A stretch of 64,000 bases of DNA, from the NCBI RefSeq assembly GCF_006345805.1, contig NC_043021.1:4712001-4776000 (forward strand), given 5' to 3'. The notes beneath the pieces were generated by a model. That model ran no database searches. It saw nothing but the letters and a program-made list of their open reading frames with translations, and had not been told where the DNA came from. Made by a program: the position numbers and the translations under genes. How positions within the stretch are numbered: position 1 is the stretch's first letter; every line of letters starts with the position of its first letter. The stretch comes from Octopus sinensis. Its lineage: Eukaryota. Positions 60,715 to 64,000 of the stretch are shown one piece after another.

Positions 60715-62681
60715 CTTTTTACTTCCAGTCTTTCAAAATGTGACCACGTGTGTACCATTGGCGAATTTTCTTTCCTCTGTCTTCCCTTCTCTGGATCTTT
60801 CCTTCTCCTATGTTTCCAACGAAGAGCTCTGCTCGAAACGTTAAATCCTCCTTCTTTCCTTCTTCCTGAGTATCCAATAATACTATATTTGTTCCATGTC
60901 CTCGCGTTGTTATGTTTTTTTGTGCTTTCATGTTTGGATTAACTTTATATATATATATATATATAATATATATATATATATATTATATATATATTATATA
61001 TTTCCATATATGTGATGTTTATTTCTGCAGGAAGCTCAGCGTTTGGCTAGTGATTCAGAGGCATTCAGCCCTAGCCTCAATTTCCTCTGGTTACGTATGG
61101 GCAACAAGGTTTACTATCGCTTTCTTATTGAAGATAAAATCAACTCTTTGGTTTCCAAAAAGGTAAAAACCTATTTATTTTTACATATTTTTCATTTTGC
61201 TACATTTTATGCTTTTTTCGTTTCTTCTTTTTTTTTCTGTTCCATCTGCAGTATTAGTGATACATTCAAATTTTCCATGCTTGCATGAAGCCTCTTCAGC
61301 TGTGCCTCTGTGGGGCTCAGCATCCTGAGATCATCCCTCACCACTCCTGTGCCCATGTCTTCTTTTCTCTTTTTTCTATTCAATAAATTATAACAGTGAT
61401 GAGGTGCAGGTGAGGTTGTGTGATTAAGAACCTCGATTCCCAACTATATGGTCTTGAGATTTGTCCCACTGCACAACACCTTGGGCGAGTGTCTTCGATA
61501 GTCCTGGCTGACCAAAATCTCGTGAGTGGGTTTGGTAGATGGAAACTGAAAGAAGCCTGTCACATATATTGTTGTTTGTTCCTTCTCGAGCCATGCCTGG
61601 CTCATAAGGGCCGGTTTCTTGGCATATAGGTTCCACAACTGGACAGGACACCGGTCCGTCGCAGGTGAGCTGCAAGATGCAGGAGGAAAGAGTGAGAGAA
61701 AGTTGTGGCAAAAGAGTCAGCAGAATAAAATAAGTACCAGTTGAAAGCTGGGGTCAATGTAATTGACTTACCCCCTGCCCTGAGCTTGCTGGCCTTGTGC
61801 CAAAATTTGAAACCAATGCATGTCACATTTATATGTTTCTTGTTTATTTTTTACTGCAGACTGTCCACTTATACAATGAGTATATTGAAAAATACAATGA
61901 AGAACAACCCGAAATGGTCAATCATCGACTTATTTGGTTGAATCTGATGAAGGAACACAGTGATGGGCCATCTTTGGTAAATTGTCTTGCTTTGATACTT
62001 TTACATAATTCCTTCCATTATGTTTTACATAGCATTGTGAAATGTGTTCCTCAAGTCAGTGAGGTCAATTGACTTCCGAGAAGTAGCAACCAAATCTCTC
62101 TCAAATCAAACTTTCTAACTTTGAGATAAAAGACATAGTAAGTAGCTTGCTAACCAACCACATGGTTCCGGGTTCAGTCCCACTGCGTGGCATCTTGGGC
62201 AAGTGTCTTCTGCTATAGCAGCCCCGGGCCGACCAATGCCTTGTGAGTGGATTTGGTAGACGGAAACTGAAAGAAGCCTGTCGTATATATGTGTATGTTT
62301 GTGTGTCTGTGTTTGCCCCCACTAGCATTGCTTGACAACCGATGCTGGTGTGTTTATGTCCCCATCACTTAGCGGTTCGGCAAAAGAGACCGATAGAATA
62401 AGTACTGGGCTTACAAAGAATAAGTCCCGGGGTCGAGTTGCTCGATTAAAGGCGGTGCTCCAGCATGGACGCAGTCAAAATGACTGAAACAAGTAAAAAG
62501 AGAGAGAAAAAGAGATACAACAGGTTCACACTGTGGACATGTTATTTTCTCTATCAAATTAATACTTATTTATGTTTTCTATTTTTATTTTCATCTTCTC
62601 TTATTCATTATTAATTAATTTATTAATTTGTTCTTGCAGGATGTTCCTCTCAAAACCTGGCCTCTTCATGTGGTTAAAGGG
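38414..62681 (+). CDS. POLRMT: Mitochondrial DNA-directed RNA polymerase, 5' partial (13 exons, 714 codons; continues beyond the window)
   Basis: join(38414..38453, 41454..41570, 47281..48209, 49970..50095, 51403..51558, 53180..53248, 54191..54298, 55662..55802, 58148..58238, 58979..59052, 61031..61162, 61860..61976, 62640..62681), all GT-AG with matching phases. Acid-free presequence; NHKELVALLNARLSHLQ resembles human GHVELLEVLQARVRQLQ; PPR region IYSNIMHALAKQG..LKPTLQCYAACLECLGR; TLYPYL; KTWPLHV. Confidence 0.93.
38917..39097. mobile_element. TA-flanked MITE with internal CCCTAA-like repeats
   Basis: Inverted repeats GGCG(T)AAC(C)TTCGGTATAGGTAC / GTACATATACCGAAGTTACGCC; second copy at 36756-36928. 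Confidence 0.75.
41088..41385 (+). mobile_element. CR1-type LINE 3' end
   Basis: Translates as KLY.RRFHL.RRR..FS.RVADPWNKLPDEIVKMP..ARFKVSLDQKWPELF; copies at 23630-23930(-) and 55345-55620(+). Confidence 0.8.
41454..41570 (+). CDS. POLRMT: POLRMT exon 2
   Basis: CLFSCLIKHYSSHPKTVSSKLQKKKLFREICNHKELVA; TTTGTAG / GTGAGA; phase 1 at both ends. Confidence 0.82.
42320..46936 (-). mobile_element. Near full-length RTE-clade non-LTR retrotransposon (APE + RT + PHD-type finger), one frameshift
   Basis: ORF 46290->43648 (880 aa) continues in another frame to 43235. APE motifs GTLNVGTL, CIQEVRW, AGDFNGH, QIDYIL; RT motifs DMEKAFD, GVHQGSVLSP, LYADD; C-terminal LRWYGH..GRGRPRKTW. 3' UTR has tandem repeats and a (GAT)n tail. 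The two halves of one SINE flank it (42115-42320 and 46940-47118). Confidence 0.95.
47281..48209 (+). CDS. POLRMT: POLRMT exon 3 (large N-terminal extension)
   Basis: 929-nt open exon LNARLSHLQ...LEAYVNACLFSGM; TTTCAG / GTAAGG. Confidence 0.93.
49970..50095 (+). CDS. POLRMT: POLRMT exon 4 (PPR region)
   Basis: VNKALAIIKFYNYQHKHRPAEVTLKIIKPEIYSNIMHALAKQ; TTTAG / GTGAGA. Confidence 0.92.
50148..50962 (+). mobile_element. SINE family C, four head-to-tail units
   Basis: Unit GGCGGCGAGCTGGCAGAAACGTTAGC..GAGTTCAAATTCC..GTCGACTTTGCCTTTCATCC..GTGGGTAGTAAAGAAATA. Monomers, approximate: 5545-5670, 7722-7950, 8900-9100, 10190-10355, 15690-15925, 38720-38872, 39430-39603, 51728-51960, 56931-57163; dimer at 20365-20765. 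Confidence 0.9.
51403..51558 (+). CDS. POLRMT: POLRMT exon 5 (PPR region)
   Basis: GNFDSIQELFKMMKIHLKPTLQCYAACLECLGRKDSPDFQLGEHILQDLKRD; TTACAG / GTAGGT. Confidence 0.93.
52229..52611 (-). mobile_element. Non-autonomous Helitron, related to 3042-3433
   Basis: A|TC start at 52611; 3' end GAGCAACGCCAGGCGATACTGCTAG|T similar to the 3433 end. Confidence 0.8.
53180..53248 (+). CDS. POLRMT: POLRMT exon 6
   Basis: GYSASQIFDSCTFRRDERQYVLK; TTTCAG / GTGAGA. Confidence 0.88.
53585..53745 (+). mobile_element. Mariner 3' fragment
   Basis: Degenerate C-terminus ending KKCVDHKRDYVEK*. Confidence 0.7.
53752..54136 (-). mobile_element. Tc1-like transposon 5' fragment
   Basis: TA|CAGGGGTTGGACAAAATAATGGAAACA end; MKDLSDFQRGKIVGACMAGASVTKTAEMFGVSRSTV..SGRKPKLS helix-turn-helix. 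Confidence 0.85.
54191..54298 (+). CDS. POLRMT: POLRMT exon 7
   Basis: ALKLISLDYEPSSKEINMKYSRNILQDLNTPPLLDT; TTACAG / GTAAGT. Confidence 0.88.
54764..55075 (+). mobile_element. SINE with family-A head and body but a different 3' tail
   Basis: Matches family A to CTTTCTCTCACTCTT, then diverges (TCTTCTGTTGGCCTGCTCGCTTAGCC...). Confidence 0.8.
55662..55802 (+). CDS. POLRMT: POLRMT exon 8
   Basis: MIEKNPYHGVVDNDHLKKQLLLQHKRECDDHVVLKSVINQEKSQSST; weaker AAG acceptor (5' boundary less certain), GTAAGT donor. Confidence 0.8.
56095..56482 (+). mobile_element. 3' fragment of the same RTE-type LINE as 6770-7163
   Basis: Near-identical sequence with (TGA)n tail. Confidence 0.85.
58148..58238 (+). CDS. 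POLRMT: POLRMT exon 9
   Basis: KPVLEKLLSKWKGDLEAGFKRKINIYENKK+T; TTCAG / GTGAGT. Confidence 0.87.
58979..59052 (+). CDS. POLRMT: POLRMT exon 10
   Basis: ENSMTLYPYLKLFPVKDYVNIMLR; TTCAG / GTAAGT. Confidence 0.9.
61031..61162 (+). CDS. POLRMT: POLRMT exon 11
   Basis: EAQRLASDSEAFSPSLNFLWLRMGNKVYYRFLIEDKINSLVSKK; CTGCAG / GTAAAA. Confidence 0.9.
61860..61976 (+). CDS. POLRMT: POLRMT exon 12
   Basis: TVHLYNEYIEKYNEEQPEMVNHRLIWLNLMKEHSDGPSL; CTGCAG / GTAAAT. Confidence 0.9.
62640..62681 (+). CDS. POLRMT: POLRMT exon 13
   Basis: DVPLKTWPLHVVKG; TTGCAG / GTAAGT. Confidence 0.85.
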
Positions 62682-62781
62682 GTAAGTAGTATACCTAAAC
62701 AAAGGGTGACTTTGAAGAAAGTATGAATGTTATAACACCCTTCCTTTGTCTTTAACTCTAAGTGAATGAATTTGTGTTAAT

Positions 62782-63222
62782 CAGTGGTTCTTAACAGAGG
62801 TCCATATGACCCTAGGTGGTCCATTTAAAATTTTGTGGAGTTCACACTAGCAAAATAGTAAATTGGGGATCCACAGTAGTATTTTTGATAGAAGTATCTA
62901 TAAAATTAGCTTTTAACCCTTTAGCATTTAAACTGGCCATATCTGGCCAAAAGTATTCTGCCTGTTTTATGTTCAAACTGGCCAGATCTGGTCTCTCACA
63001 CCAACCCTACAATATCATCTTAAAAATTAACAGCTACCTCATCAAAATCTCATAGCTACAAGATGATGCATGATTAGTTCAAAACAATGTGGATTAAAAA
63101 GCATTAATTTTGGCAGAATAATGTGAACACTAAAGGGTTAAACATCAAATGGCTATGGAGATCCACCAGAATAAAATGATAAACAAAGGGGTCTATAGAT
63201 AAAAAATGGTTGAGAACCTCTG
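62782..63222. mobile_element. hAT-like MITE containing a piggyBac-like MITE (62917-63137)
   Basis: Outer repeats CAGTGGTTCTTAAC / GTTGAGAACCTCTG; inner TTAA|CCCTTTAG...CTAAAGGG|TTAA. Confidence 0.8.
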
Positions 63223-64000
63223 GTGTAGACAAAGACTATGTGAAAGTTCACCAGACGGACTACCTGTTATTGGGGTGGTGAACTTAATCCATCACTTAAT
63301 TCAATTCACCTGTCTATTGGATGTACCTTTAGTAGAGCCCAGTCTGATGTTAGCATAGGGACCAAATCTTTGATTTGTTAATATCAAGATTTTCCCCTTC
63401 TTGGATCATTCTTGTAAATCCTGCAAAAATGTTATGGACACTGCATTTCTTCTGACTAAGACATAAAATAGCAAATAATAATAATAACGTGGCCGATGCC
63501 AACACCACCTTGACTGGCTTCCGTGCCGGTGGCACGTTAAAAGCACCAACCGATCGTGGCCACTGCCAGACTCCCCTGGCACCTGTGCCGGTGGCACGTA
63601 AAAAGCACCCACTACACTTGCGGAGTGGTTGGCGTTAGGAAGGGCATCTAGCTGTAGAAACACTGCCAGATCACACTGGAGCCTGGTGCAGCCTTCTGGC
63701 TTCCCAGATCCCCGGTTGAACCGTCCAACCCGTGCTAGCATGGAAAACGGACGTTAAACGATGATGATGATGATGATGAACAACAATAATAATATTGGCA
63801 GCAGTATCGAGAGTGAAAGGCAAGTATTTTTGACTGGTACTTTATTTAATAGACCTTAAAATTATAAAAAGCAAATTGGCCTTGGCATGGTTTGAACTCA
63901 TACATGGCAGTGGAAGTTTTGCTGCTGTGAGCTGTGAGTTTGCTTTTGTATCTACCATTTGTTCCATTTATGAAGTGTGTGGAAATGATTCGTTTATCAC

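Overview
AT-rich, microsatellite- and retroposon-dense animal DNA. The SINE families and (GAT)n-tailed RTE elements look like those of an octopus/cephalopod genome (my inference, not a database match). Three spliced host genes can be rebuilt exon by exon with consistent GT-AG sites and phases: (1) a complete 254-aa secreted S1 (chymotrypsin-fold) serine protease on the minus strand, 12064->1937, 6 exons, with a TATA box; (2) a complete 218-aa N-terminal glutamine amidohydrolase NTAQ1/WDYHV1 on the minus strand, 35854->24195, 6 coding exons; (3) the 5' part (13 exons, 714 codons) of mitochondrial RNA polymerase POLRMT on the plus strand from 38414, running off the window, head-to-head with NTAQ1. 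Mobile DNA includes the 3' end of a Ty3/Gypsy LTR element, a near full-length 4.6-kb RTE LINE with a PHD-type finger (in POLRMT intron 2, splitting a SINE), many 5'-truncated copies of its tail, at least three tRNA-derived SINE families (one in head-to-tail concatemers), fragments of CR1, Tx1/L1, other RTEs, mariner and Tc1, two non-autonomous Helitrons and several MITEs. A type I hammerhead-ribozyme fold lies at 30298-30378. I found no clearly new biological system; the best leads are the ribozyme, the RTE/SINE nesting, the SINE concatemers and the atypical protease.
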